Translations under genes and position numbers: made by a program
The notes under the pieces: model-generated
The model's database searches: none
What the model was told of the DNA's origin: nothing
The model's input: only the letters and a program-made list of their open reading frames with translations
Shown here: positions 51,540 through 63,050 of the stretch, piece after piece
Layout: the number at the start of each line of letters is the position of its first letter
How positions within the stretch are numbered: the first letter of the stretch is position 1
Assembly (NCBI GenBank): GCA_024679065.1
Contig: JAGIQG010000010.1
Coordinates: 82,646,001 to 82,710,000, forward strand
From: Sphyrna mokarran
Lineage: Eukaryota
Direction: 5' to 3'
DNA length: 64,000 bases

Positions 51540-52045
51540 AGAATAGAGTCCCTACAGTACAGAAAGAGGCCATTCAGTCCATCAAAATTGCACTGCCCAC
51601 AATCCAACCCAGGCTCTACCCCCATATTCCTACATATTTACCCACTAATCCCTCTAACCTACACATCTCAGGACACTAAGGGCAACTTTAACATGGCCAA
51701 TTAACCAAATCTGCTCATCTTTGGACTTAGAAGTTTATAAAATTATGGAGGGCACAGATAGGGTGAACAAATGGAAGCTTTTTCCCAAGCAGAAATGACA
51801 ATTACAAAAAGGCACAAGTTCAAAGTAAGGGAAGTTTTTTGCACATTAGGTGGTTGTGATCTGGAATGCATTGTCAAGTGCATTGGTTGAGACAGACACA
51901 TTAACAACATTTAAGGCTTAACTGGATAGACACATGAACAGATAGGGAATAGAGGGATACAGGTGATTGGACTAGATAGGACAACGTGGTTGGCACAGGC
52001 TTGTAGGGCGAAGAGCTTATTCCTGTGCTGTACTGTTCTTTGTTT
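51540..52045. mobile_element. HE1 SINE 3' part (-, 51540-51727) abutting a CR1 3' fragment (+, 51728-52045)
   Basis: SINE tail and V-domain end, followed by gaagtttataaaattatgg...ctggaatgcattg. Confidence 0.85.
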
Positions 52046-52449
52046 TGACACTGGAGGAGATCGACAGAAAAAGCAAATTGGGAAAAGACCTAAACTCATT
52101 GGGGATCAACTCCTTTTGTGAGTTGTTGATTGCACTATAAGATTAAGGGAAGATCTTACTTGCTCATCATTTCTAACAGAATTATGAAATGTATTATTTT
52201 ATATCCTAATGACAATTTCACCATAAAGACAAATATAGATAATCTTTCCACTGTCTGTAATAAGAAATCTAAGTGCCTTACATACAGTATACCAACCTGC
52301 TGTGGTCAATAGAAATTTATGAGTCACTGTGGTGATTGTCCTTTTAATGGCAAGGCAGTTGAATAAAGATCACCTGTCTTGAAGGGTAAATTGGGACATC
52401 CTCCACTTGATGCTCATTATGCTCCATTTCTTAAGCTTCCACCATAAAC

Positions 52450-52826
52450 CAGCCATCCCCTATGGAGAAGCCCTCCGTATATACAGGATCTGCTCAGATA
52501 AGGAGGATTGCAACGAACACCTCCAGATGCTGAAAGATGCCCTCATGAGAACAGGATATGGCACTTGACTCATCGATCGACAGTTCCGATGCGCCACAGT
52601 GAAAAACCACACAGACCTCCTCAGAAGACAAACATGGGACACAATGGACAGAGTACTCTTCATCATCCAGTACTTCCCCACAGCGGAGAAGCTACGACAT
52701 CTTTTTCGGAGCCTTCAATAAGTCATTGATGAAAACGAACATATCGCCAAGGCCATCCCCACACCCGCACTTCTTGCCTTCAAACAACTGCACAACCTCA
52801 AACGGATCACTGTCCGCAGCAAACTA
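52450..52826 (+). mobile_element. Outer Penelope element, left piece (RT thumb/linker)
   Basis: agccatcccctatgga...caggatctgctcagat is homologous to the reverse complement of ~53580-53955. Ends at agcaaacta. Confidence 0.92.
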
Positions 52827-55020
52827 GTAAGAAGTCTGACAACACCAGGTTTAAGTCCAACCGATTTATTTGATAGTAAAACTGGCAAGCTTTTGGGGTT
52901 TGCCCCTTTGTCAGGCGAATGGAGAGTTCTGGCCTCAGGCAGAGCATATAACAGTACAGACAGTTTACAGATTACTGATTAAAATGTGAGTCTTTAACCT
53001 AACCCGCTATTCAAGTCTTAAAGTGGCCAACAATGTGAATGGAAGGAGCATTAAGCCCAAGTTAAAGAGATGTGTACTGTCTCCAAACAGTACAGTAAGT
53101 GAGGTTTAACAAACCCAGGGAAGTCATGGGGGTTACAGATAGTGCGACATGAACCCAAGATCCCTGTTGAGACCTTCCTCATGTGTGCGGAACTTGGCTA
53201 TCAGTCTCTGCTCAGCGACTCTGCACTATCACATGTCGTGAAGGCTGCCTTGGAGAATGCTTACCTGAAGGCCCATGACTGCTGAAGTGTTCGCCAACAG
53301 GAAGGGAACAGTCTTGCCTGGCGATTGTCGAGCAACGTTCATTCATCCACTGTCGTAGCGTCTGCATGGTCTCCTCAATGTACCATGCCTTGGGACATCC
53401 TTTCTTGCAGTGTATTAGGTAGACAACGTTGGCCAAGTTGTGAGAGTATGTACCATGTACCTAGTGGATGGTATTCTCACATGTGATGATGTCATCCATG
53501 CCGATGATCTGGCATGTCTTGCAGAGGTTGCTGTGGCAGGGTTGTGTGGTGTTGTGGTCACTGTTCTCCTGAAGGCTGGGAAGTTTGCTGTGAACAATGG
53601 TCTGTTTGAGGTTGTGTGGTTGTCTGAAAGCAAGAAGTGGGCGTATGGGGATGACCCTAGCGAGATGTTCATTTTCGTCAATGATATGTTTAAGACTCCG
53701 GAGAAGATGTTGTAGCTTCTCTCTCCGGGGAAGTACTGGATGACGAAAGATACTCTGTCCACTATGTCCCATGTTTGTCTTCTGAGAAGGTCTGTGTGAT
53801 TTTTCGCTGTGGAGCATCAGAACTGTTGATCGATGAGTCGAGTGCCATATCCTGTTCTTATGAGGGCATCTTCCACGGTCTGTAGGTGTCTGTCACGATC
53901 CTCCTCATCTGAGCAGATCCTGTGTATGTGGAGGGCTTGTCCATAGGGGATGGCTTCTTTAACATGTTTAGGGTGAAAGCTGGAGAAGTGGAACATCGTG
54001 AGGTTATCTTTGGGCTTGCAGTACAGTGAGGTGCTGAGGTGACTGTCTTTGATGGAGATGTGTGTATCCAAGAATGCAACTGATTCTGGAGAATAGTCCA
54101 TGGTGAGTCTGATGGTGGGGTGGAACTTGTTGATGTCATCATATAGTTGTTTCAGTAATTGTTCACCATGAGTCCAAAGGAAGAAAATGTCATCGATGTA
54201 TCTAGTGTATAGAATCGGTTGAAGATTCCACGTGGTGAAGAAGTCTTGTTCGAACCTGTGCATGAAGATGTTGGCATATTGAAGTGCGAATTTGGTCCCC
54301 ATGGCCATTCTGTGTGTCTGGATGAAAAACTGATTGTTGAAGGTGAAGACATTGTGATCCAGGATAAAATGGATGAGTTGTAAAATTGCATCTGGAAACT
54401 GGTAGTTGTCGGCATTTAGTGCTGAGACAGTTGCACCAAAGCCATCATCATGGAGGATGTTGGTGTAGAGTGCCGAGACATCCGTTGTGATGAGGAGTGT
54501 CCCTGGTTCACGTATGCTGAGTTTCCATATAAAGTCCGTAGTGTCATGACAAAAGCTGGGGGTTCTTTATATAGTGGGTTTCAGGATGCTCTTGACATAG
54601 CCAGAGAGGTTCTCACACAGGGTCCCATTGCCCGATATGATGGGATGGCCGGGTATGTTTGCCTTGTGTATCTTTGGGAGGCAGTAGAGATCCTCGACGT
54701 TGAGGGTACGTAGAATGAGAGCACGGAGGGTGCTCTGAAAGTCCGGATCAAAAGTCTTGATCAGGGTGTTGAGTTGACAAGTATGTTCTTTGGTCGGATC
54801 TGTGGGAAACTGTCTGTAGTGTTCCTTGTTGTTCAGTTGTCGGTACACTTCTTTGCAGTAATCCATTCTGCTCAGTATGACGATGGCTGCTCCTTTGTCT
54901 GCTGGTTTGATGACAATGTTGCGATTCATCTTGAGAGCATTATGCTTGGGTGATGTTTGGGGCTATCTTGTGAGTGCGGCTGATGAATCTGGTGTTAATG
55001 CACCTCCTGATGGTTTGGGC
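52827..55020 (-). mobile_element. Inner Penelope-like retrotransposon, 5'-truncated and frameshifted (RT plus GIY-YIG endonuclease)
   Basis: IVIKPADKG, LYCLPKIHK, MGTKFA.QYANIFM, YTRYIDDIF, FLD...LYCKP, and NVVYLIHC...WYIEET (GIY-YIG). PLE 3' terminus at 52827. Confidence 0.97.
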
Positions 55021-55024
55021 ATAT

Positions 55025-55842
55025 AGCAAACTATCCAGTCTTCAGAAGAACAGTGACCAGGACACCACACAACGCTGCCACAGCAACCTCTGCAAGACAT
55101 GCCAGATCATTGACATGGATGCTATCAACTCATGTGAAAACACCATCCACCAGGTACACGGTACATACACTTGCAACTCAGCCAAAGTTGTCTACCTGAT
55201 ATGCTGTAGGAGATGATGTCCCAATGCATGGTACATTGCAGACATTATGACAACGGATGAAGGAACATCCCTCAACAATCACCTGGCAAAAGTGTTCCCT
55301 TCCTGTTGGGGAACATGCCAACAGTTCTCCAATATTGGATGAATACCCGTGACTGCAGTGATCATGGGCATTTGGCCTCTGATCTTTGGATAAGCATTAT
55401 TCAAGGCAGCCCTTCACAACACACGACAACACAGAATCGCTGAGCAGAGACTGATAGCCAAGTTCTGCACACAAGAGGACAGCCTCAACCGGGAACTTGG
55501 GTCCATGTCACACTATTTGTAACCCCCACGAATTGCCCGGACTTGCAAAATCTCACTAACTGTCCTACCTGGAGACAATACACACCTCTTTAACTCGTGC
55601 ATAATGCTCTCTCCACCTACATTGTCTGTATCTTTAAGTCTTGCATTCCAATCATTATTTTGTATATTGAGTTTGTGTCTTACATTTCCTGTCTGTGAAC
55701 AGAATTCCCATTTACCTGATGAAGGGTCAGTGCTGCGAAAGCTAGTGGCTTTTGCTACCAAATAAACCTGTTGGACTTAAACGCGGTGTTGTGAGATTTC
55801 TTATTGTGTTTACCCCAGTCCAAAGCTGGCATCTTGACATTA
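55025..55842 (+). mobile_element. Outer Penelope element, right piece (Zn linker, GIY-YIG, 3'UTR, tail)
   Basis: SKLSSLQKNSD..TTQRCHSNLCKTCQII...YTCNSAKVVYLICC continues the left piece across the duplicated agcaaacta. Confidence 0.94.
55713..55747 (+). ncRNA. Minimal hammerhead ribozyme motif in the PLE 3' terminus
   Basis: TAC-CTGATGA-A-GGGTC.AGT.GCTGC-GAAA-GCT-A-GTG. Intact CUGAUGA and GAAA boxes. Stem II is eroded relative to GGGGC.AGT.GCTCC at 45168-45199 (-). Confidence 0.75.
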
Positions 55843-57040
55843 TGATAAATTGGGTCCCAGAGTTGGTAATCACCCCTGTGGGTCCACTTTTAGGCAGGAG
55901 ACATGTAGGGATCTCCCAGTCATGTGGCAGTGTCTTCTGTACAGTTTTATTTTATTCAATAGATATCTTTTGTGTTTCTGATAAAGTCTGTGAAAATATA
56001 TCATTACATCTGGCGATGAGGATAAAATTATTACAATACAGCCTCTGGCCTGACCCCTGTGAATATCCTGTTTTAATTGAAATCTGAAATAAAAGTACCC
56101 ACCCAAATGCCTCTCTTTGTGAGAATAGACACACTTGAGAAGTTGAAATACTGTCAGATACTGAGGGACGGACGCAGAAAAAATCTGAACTGGCCAGGAC
56201 GTTCAAAATTTTCAAAGTGGAGAGAAAAGAAAGAAAAATAACCATGACAAATAAGGGCTGAGGCTTTAAGTTTTAAGAAGGTGAAACATAATTTAGAAAA
56301 ACAAACTGTGGAATTTTCCATTCCTGTCCACTGCAGGAATCACCACTGAAGTGGACCATCCAAAAGTATGTTGACCTTTTGGGATGAGTATAGCCAGAAA
56401 ATCCTACCCAAAGAGTTGTTGCCACATTTTTGAAGGAAATAAGAGAACACAGAAAGCAATGCTTTTAGTAAGGGGAAAAATGCCTAAGTAAGCTGCAGGA
56501 AGTGTCCCGACTGTGAGAAATCAAAAGGCTGAAATTAACAAGCTCCCAATCTGACCAGAGCGTGTAGGGGTTCTGTGGCATCCATCTCTGCACTGATAGA
56601 CTTCAAACAACGAAGTTTTGAAGTTTTATAGAGAAAAGAAATCTTCAATTCTTTAGAAAAAGAAATTAACCAGTTTAAGAAAATGTCCCCATCAGACCTT
56701 GAGTGCCGATGAAATTAACCAGAAAACCAGCACATCAAGAGGTAAAAGAACAAATGGCTAGGAGAAAAATAAACCTACAGGGATCACGAAAAAGACTTTC
56801 CTTCACTAAAAGTTTTAAAAGTTCAAAGAAGAGCAGCTAGGTTTGTGCCAAAACTTCAAAAGTACAGGAAAAACAGAGAAAGCTAGCAGCTGTTGACAAG
56901 AGGAAAGAAAAATGATGACCGTCTTAAATTGATACATCATCAACAGTGGAACTCACTGCTTGATGTAGGAAATCTTACCATTGCCCACAATCTTTCTACT
57001 ATTCAGAGGAAATATGCTACTATCACTGTCCACCCTATTT

Positions 57041-57363
57041 AGATAGGGTGGACAGTGATAGCCTTTTTCTTAGGATGGAGAAAGCTAGCACGAGGGGACA
57101 CAGCTTTAAATTAAGGGGTGATAGTTATAGGACGGATATCAGAGGCAGGTTCTTTACCCAAAGGGTGGTTCGGGAGTGGAATGCCCTGCCTGCGCGGTTG
57201 TAGATGCGCCACGTTTGGTGGCGTTTAAGAGGTTAATTGATAAGTATATGGAAGAGAAGGGAATGGTTTAGTTTGGAGGGGCATTGCTTTTTATATTGGT
57301 CAGCGCAACATCGAAGGCCGAAGGGCCTGTTCTGTGCTATAATGTTCTATGTTCTATGTTCTA
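57041..57363 (+). mobile_element. Young CR1/HER1 3' fragment (same subfamily as 26930-28506)
   Basis: Near-identical to ~28184-28506, with (gttctat)n tail. Confidence 0.96.
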
Positions 57364-57521
57364 TCTCCAATGGGAAATCTTCCCACTCTCCACATGTGAT
57401 ATTCTCCCATAGTCTATGAGGAAAATTTATATCAGAAATTACTGGGAAATCTCAGCAGGTCTGACAGCATCTGTGGAGTGAGAACAGAACTAACTTTTCA
57501 AGTCTGATGACTCTTCCTCAG

Positions 57522-57727
57522 GATGTAGAGATGTGGGTGTTGGACTGGGGTAAACACAGTAAGAAGTCTGACAATACCAGGTTTAAGTCCAACCGATTTA
57601 TTTGATAGTAAACTCACAAGCTTTCAAAGTTATCCTCTTTGGACGAAGGGGAATAACCTCGAAAGCTTGTGAGTTTACTATCAAATAAATCGGTTGGACT
57701 TAAACTTGGTGTTGTCAGACTTCTTAC
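57522..57727. mobile_element. Palindromic PLE-end insertion inside a terminus of the second PLE family (~57440-57521)
   Basis: Near-perfect inverted arms with tail on the left. Exact TSD tgactcttcctcag at 57508-57521 and 57728-57741. Confidence 0.93.
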
Positions 57728-57762
57728 TGACTCTTCCTCAGCTCATACCTGACCAGGGGAAT

Positions 57763-58046
57763 ATAGAACATAGAACATAGAACATTACAGCGCAGAACAG
57801 GCCCTTCGGCCTTCGATGTTGTGCTGACCAATTATGAAAAAAGCAATGACCCTCCAAACTAAACCACTCCCTTCTCTTCCATAAACTTATCAACTAACCT
57901 CTTAAACGCCACCAAACTTGGCGCATCTACAACTGCCGCAGCAGGGCATTCCACTCCCTAACCACCCTCTGGGTAAAGAACCTACCTCTGATATCCGTCC
58001 TATAACTATCACCCCTTAATTTAAAGCTATGTCCCCTCGTGCTAGC
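57763..58046 (-). mobile_element. Young CR1/HER1 3' fragment
   Basis: (atagaac)n at 57763-57785. Reverse complement of ~28225-28506. Confidence 0.96.
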
Positions 58047-58160
58047 GTTGAGCATAGTTGAATAGCTTTGAGCATAGTTGAATACTTGAGATTTACATTG
58101 CCATTCTGTTCAGAACTTGAGCATTGCAACGCAATCCTTACAATAAATCATGGAATACAT

Positions 58161-58367
58161 TGTAAGAAGTCTCACAACATTAGGTTAAAGTCCAACAGGT
58201 TTATTTGGAATCACAAGTTTTCAGAGCATTGCTCCTTTTTCATATCACTCCACTGGTGAAGGGGCAGAGTTCCAAAGACTTATGATTCCAAATAGACCTG
58301 TTGGCATGTTATGTGGTGTTTGAGACTTCTTACGATGCCCACCTCAGTCCAACGCCAGCATCTCCAC
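58161..58367. mobile_element. Palindromic PLE-end mini-insertion
   Basis: Inverted arms plus right-hand tail. Exact TSD atcatggaatacat at 58147-58160 and 58368-58381. Confidence 0.88.
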
Positions 58368-60384
58368 ATCATGGAATACATGATTAACGTAGTATAATCA
58401 CTTAGTCTGCACATCTGTTCAAGGACCTCTCTGGTTTTACTAACCTTTGGCAGTATTCCCAACATTTAATTATAAAAGTTTGTTCATAAATGAAGTTAAT
58501 GGTTTTCCCCGAGAGATTTCAATCCTAATTTCAATTCCTACCTTGCTCTTAGATGTCATTCGTTGCTTTTAACAATAAAAGCAATTGCAGGTCAATGCCA
58601 AGAAAATCACTACAATCAAATTGAAATATTTCTCAGTGTCAGTATGAATACACATCAAAATTCCTGAAGTATTAGCACCCAGAAAAGCATCTTGGCACAT
58701 TTAAGTAAATCTATCTCAGTCAGTAAGAACAAGGCTTTTAAATTTAGTACGTGTATTTCAATCAATCTTTCCCAAGTTTACTCTTTGTTGGTATTTCAGA
58801 ATAATATCATAAACATGTGTCGGTGGTCTTTTTTATGGAGTGTAGTGTGACATACAATTTTAATTCCTCCTTCTATTTATGATTTCCAATGTTTTACTTA
58901 ATTTGTGAGGTCATTGAAGTATCTGTCCATTAGAACTGGGGAACAGAAAGATTTCCTAAACTGGACAGTCAGGGACAGTCGGGGAAAGATCATTCTGGTG
59001 ATTATGGAAAGGTTTCTTATCTGAAGTACATACCATGTATATTGGTAGTAGATAGGAAGTTAACAGGAGACCCAATTACTTTTGGCAATTTGGCTCCATT
59101 ATCTGCATGGCAAACTACCAATACAAATAATTTCCTTACATTGCAGCAGTGACGAGACTTCAGAAGTTATTCATTGGCACCGAGGTACTTTGGCACATCC
59201 TGAGGTGATGAAAAGCAATGCATGATCCTGAATTCTTTCTCTTCTTTTTCTTAAGTGTAACTTGGGATTTGGAAGAGTGAAATATCAGACATGGCTCATC
59301 ATTGTTTAATGGCAATCCACAGCTGTTCCAAAGGGAAGGGATTTTCATCGATGGTTTGTAGAGCAGTTGTCCAGAATCACAAGAGCATTTGAATTTCTGA
59401 TAGAGCGTTGGAGATCATCTTTGGAAGAAGGCAGGCTCAGGAAGAAGGTCCTACTTTCAGTGGATGGCAGAAATGTGCCACAGTTATAGAAACAGAGGCT
59501 CTTGAAGCCTTCTCTACTGTTCAGCTTGACCATGACTAATTATCAAATTCAATATACTGATTGCACCTTCTCCCAACATCTTTTTGGACCCAAGGGGTAA
59601 AATCTCCATATTCTTAAATGACCCTCCTGGTACATGGATTGAACCCGCACCTTTAATGGAACTCTGTATTAGTGACCAGGTATCCAGCCAACTGAACTAA
59701 ACCAACTGCTCAGCTAATATAGGGAACCTAACCTTCCCTGCGATTGGACGCAGTCCCAGGGTTGCAAAGGCATGATTCCTCTTCAATTTTCTCTAACTGC
59801 GAATTTATCTCTGCAATGCTTTGGTCCTGGCAGTCAGCATTGCCAAACCTTTCTTTGCCTACTGCTATGGGGTACTTCATTGTACCTTCTTCTGCTTAGA
59901 TTCATAAACTTAAAATGCATTATCCTCCAAACAGGCACAACTTCTGCTTTTATTATGTTGAACTGAACATAATTCACATGATTGAGTGTTTTTGATATCT
60001 CCCAGTTCCCTTTCATGCAGCACTCCTGTCTCTTGCACACATGTTGAGTTTCTTCCTCTTCACATGCATACTCTCACTGGTCACAGGAAGTTCGAAGCTG
60101 CAGCCCCTTATTGAAGATAGTCAGGTAATAGAATGGGGCATGTTGTTCTCTCTGAGGGCGGCAGCATATCTGTACCCTTTTTGTTCATAACCAATATCCA
60201 TCTGGATGCCAGTAAAGTGATTGGATACACTGTCCCATGCAGCAGACATCAGATACTGCAGCCTGTAGGCAAACCCTCTAAGACCTCAACTCCTGCGGTT
60301 TGTCAATTACAAGTATCTCAAGAGTCCTCGTCTAAAACACAGCTGCCTTCTATCTTCCAGTTCGAAGCCCCCCATTGAACAGCA

Positions 60385-61030
60385 GTTCCTCCAGTAGTTT
60401 CTAGGCCCAACCACCTTCAGCTGCTTCATTCACGTCCTTCCCTCCATCACAAAGTCAGAAGTGGGGACATTCGTTGATGATTGTATAATGGTCAGCACCA
60501 TTTGTCTCAGATATTGAAGCAGTCCACATCCATATGAAAACAGATCTGGACAACATTCAGACTCAGACAGATAAAGAGTGAGTAACATCCCCAACACATA
60601 AATGCCAGAACAATAACCGCCTCTAACAAGATTGAATTTAACCTTCTCACTATAATTGAATTCCACACAATCAGCATGTTGCAGATTGCTATTAACCAGA
60701 AACCGAACTTACCCAGTCATATAAATACTGTGGCTACAAAAGCAGGTCAGAAGCTCAGTGTTCTGTGGAGAGTAACTCGCCTCCTGACTTCCCAAAGCCT
60801 GTCCAACATCTACAAGGCACAAATCAGGAGTATGAAGTCTTGAAGCTGATGATCGAGAGTGAACTGATGGAGCAGTTATCGGTCAGGTTGGATTTGCCTT
60901 GCTTTGTGTGTACAGCACATACCTAAGAAATTTTCCACATTCTTGGGCAGATGCTAGTGTTGTAGTTGCCTTGGAACAGCTTAGTTTGGAGTACAGCTAA
61001 TTCTAAGGCATCAGTCTTCAGTGCAATTGC
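60385..61030. mobile_element. LINE RT fragments (same family as 45780-46180): + piece to ~60830, then a probable inverted piece
   Basis: ctaggcccaaccaccttcagctgcttcatt...gtcagaagtggggacattcgttgatga...ccaacatctacaaggcacaaatcaggag. Confidence 0.8.
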
Positions 61031-62679
61031 CAGAGTGTTTTAAAGGCCAAACCTCATTGAGGGCCCCTCCCAAGAGGTGGAGGAGGCCAGGACCAAGTGT
61101 CCAGTGGATGAAAGGAGGGTATCTCCTGGTCAGGCACCTAGTGACCATTGGAAGCTCTCCCTCGCCAGACCAAAGTATTTCTCCTCCCTGCATTTCATCG
61201 CCCATCCTGCCCAGTCGATCCCAGACTCACAGCCTCTAATAGAGATCTGCCAACCAAGCCCTGGAAAGACCCCATACTTAACTTCTTCTGGTGATTGCCC
61301 ATAAACTTCAGCCTATAGTTTTTTTTCAGATGTCTCATTCATTTCATCCAAAATTATTTTTATTGCAATGTGAACAGCCTGATGATATTTCCTCCTTGTA
61401 GTTCCTGAGAAATATATAGTGCCAAACACTAATCAAATCCTTTGTCTTAAAATATTCAAAAAAGCAGCATTGCTTCAGAAACATGGAACAATCCACTTCT
61501 CTGATACCAGTTAGTGCATCTTTCAGTTTATATCAATAGTTCCCTATATTAGTCACACAGGAAAATGCATAGGATGCTTCAAACAATAGCTGGAATGATC
61601 ATTACTGACTCCATCCCATCACACTGGGGGTTATTTTAACATTCACTTCACACCCAATCTACGAAGGTGATAATTGCACCCAATCCACTCTGTCCAGAAT
61701 GTAGCAGCAAATATACTCAGCAGTTTATCATTGTTAGTTTTTTTAATTAGCAATAATTACCTCACGTGCTGATGCTTTTCATATGTTTGGAAATCTTTAA
61801 TAGATTGGAAAGGCAGTATAATCTTGGCTTCAAGGAAAAGTACCCAACATGGATGAGTTGTTCAAAAATGTTGAACAATTCAGTTGGATTCTAAAAACCT
61901 GCCAATGTTCAGAAATTACAAATTACTCTCTTGTGGATTAGGAGAACAAATGTGCTCAGTCATTGATGTTAAGCCATGTTTTCCAACGAACTTGATCCTT
62001 TTCTGTTCTGAGTTAGTTGGAAGTGTTGGAGATGTTACAATTGCCCTCAGTGACCCAGGATTATTGGGTGGGATGATCCATTCAAGATTCTTCCTTTGAT
62101 TGATACTGTGACTCCCATCGAAATGAATGTCTGCTCAGACATTCGGTAAAGCAGGTTTAGCTATGGCACCTCAGTAATTGAATAGATTATATATGCTCAC
62201 AGTACGGGCTTACGTGTAAGAAGTGGTCAGTATTCTGAGGCCCACAGAATGGTGCAGCAGCAAGCAGACAGGAAGGAGATAAAGATTAAAAAAGTAATCT
62301 AGAATTAGAAATGGTAAGTAATAGATGGATAAAATGCCATCATTGGAACGCTTGCCACTAAACTGTGAAATTCCAACATAAACTCTGGTCCAAAAACTGC
62401 TTATTAACTCATAATGATCCTAAATCAGCCAAGGGCACATTGTAAAAATTGCTAATTGTGTGTTCTCTTACACAATGCCTCCTCCAATTTTTAATCAAGC
62501 AATGAGCGTTAATGTCTTACCTTAAAGTCAGCAGTACCTTTTCTCATTGATTTCAGTTTTCCTTTTCTCAGAAATTAATTCCATTTTGTTCAATGTTTTC
62601 TTTATTTAACAGTATTAGGGGGACTTTAAATTATAAGTCATGGAATTGAAAATTACCATTGTAAGGTTGCCGCTACACT

Positions 62680-62945
62680 CTGATTAGCACTGCTGACTCG
62701 CAGCGCCAGGAACCTGGGTTCATTTCTTGGCTTGGCTGGCTGTCGATGTGGAACCTTCATGTTTTCCTCGTGTCATGTGGGTTTCCCCCGGGTGCTCCAG
62801 TTTCCTCCCACAGTCTGAAAGACTGGTAGGTGTATTGTTCCTCAGTGTACCTGAACAGGCACTGGAGTGTGGCGACTAGGGAGTTTTCACATTAACTTCA
62901 TTGCAGTGTTGATGTAAGCCTATTTGTGACACTAATAAGTAAACT
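62680..62945 (+). mobile_element. HE1/V-SINE with alternative 3' tail
   Basis: ttagcactgctgactcgcagcgccagg...ggcgactagggagttttcacattaacttcattgcagtgttgatgtaagcctatttgtgacactaata. Confidence 0.88.
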
Positions 62946-63050
62946 TCATAAATTTTAAGAAAAATATCATTTTACTCAAGATCAGTTGCATTTGGAGCTT
63001 AAGACTTTAATAGTGTTGGTAGCTCAGGTATCTGAACAATTATTAAATAC

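Noticed and set aside
56450-56990. A-rich segment suggestive of a decayed TE ORF
   Set aside because: No motif could be recognised in any frame, so it cannot be supported.
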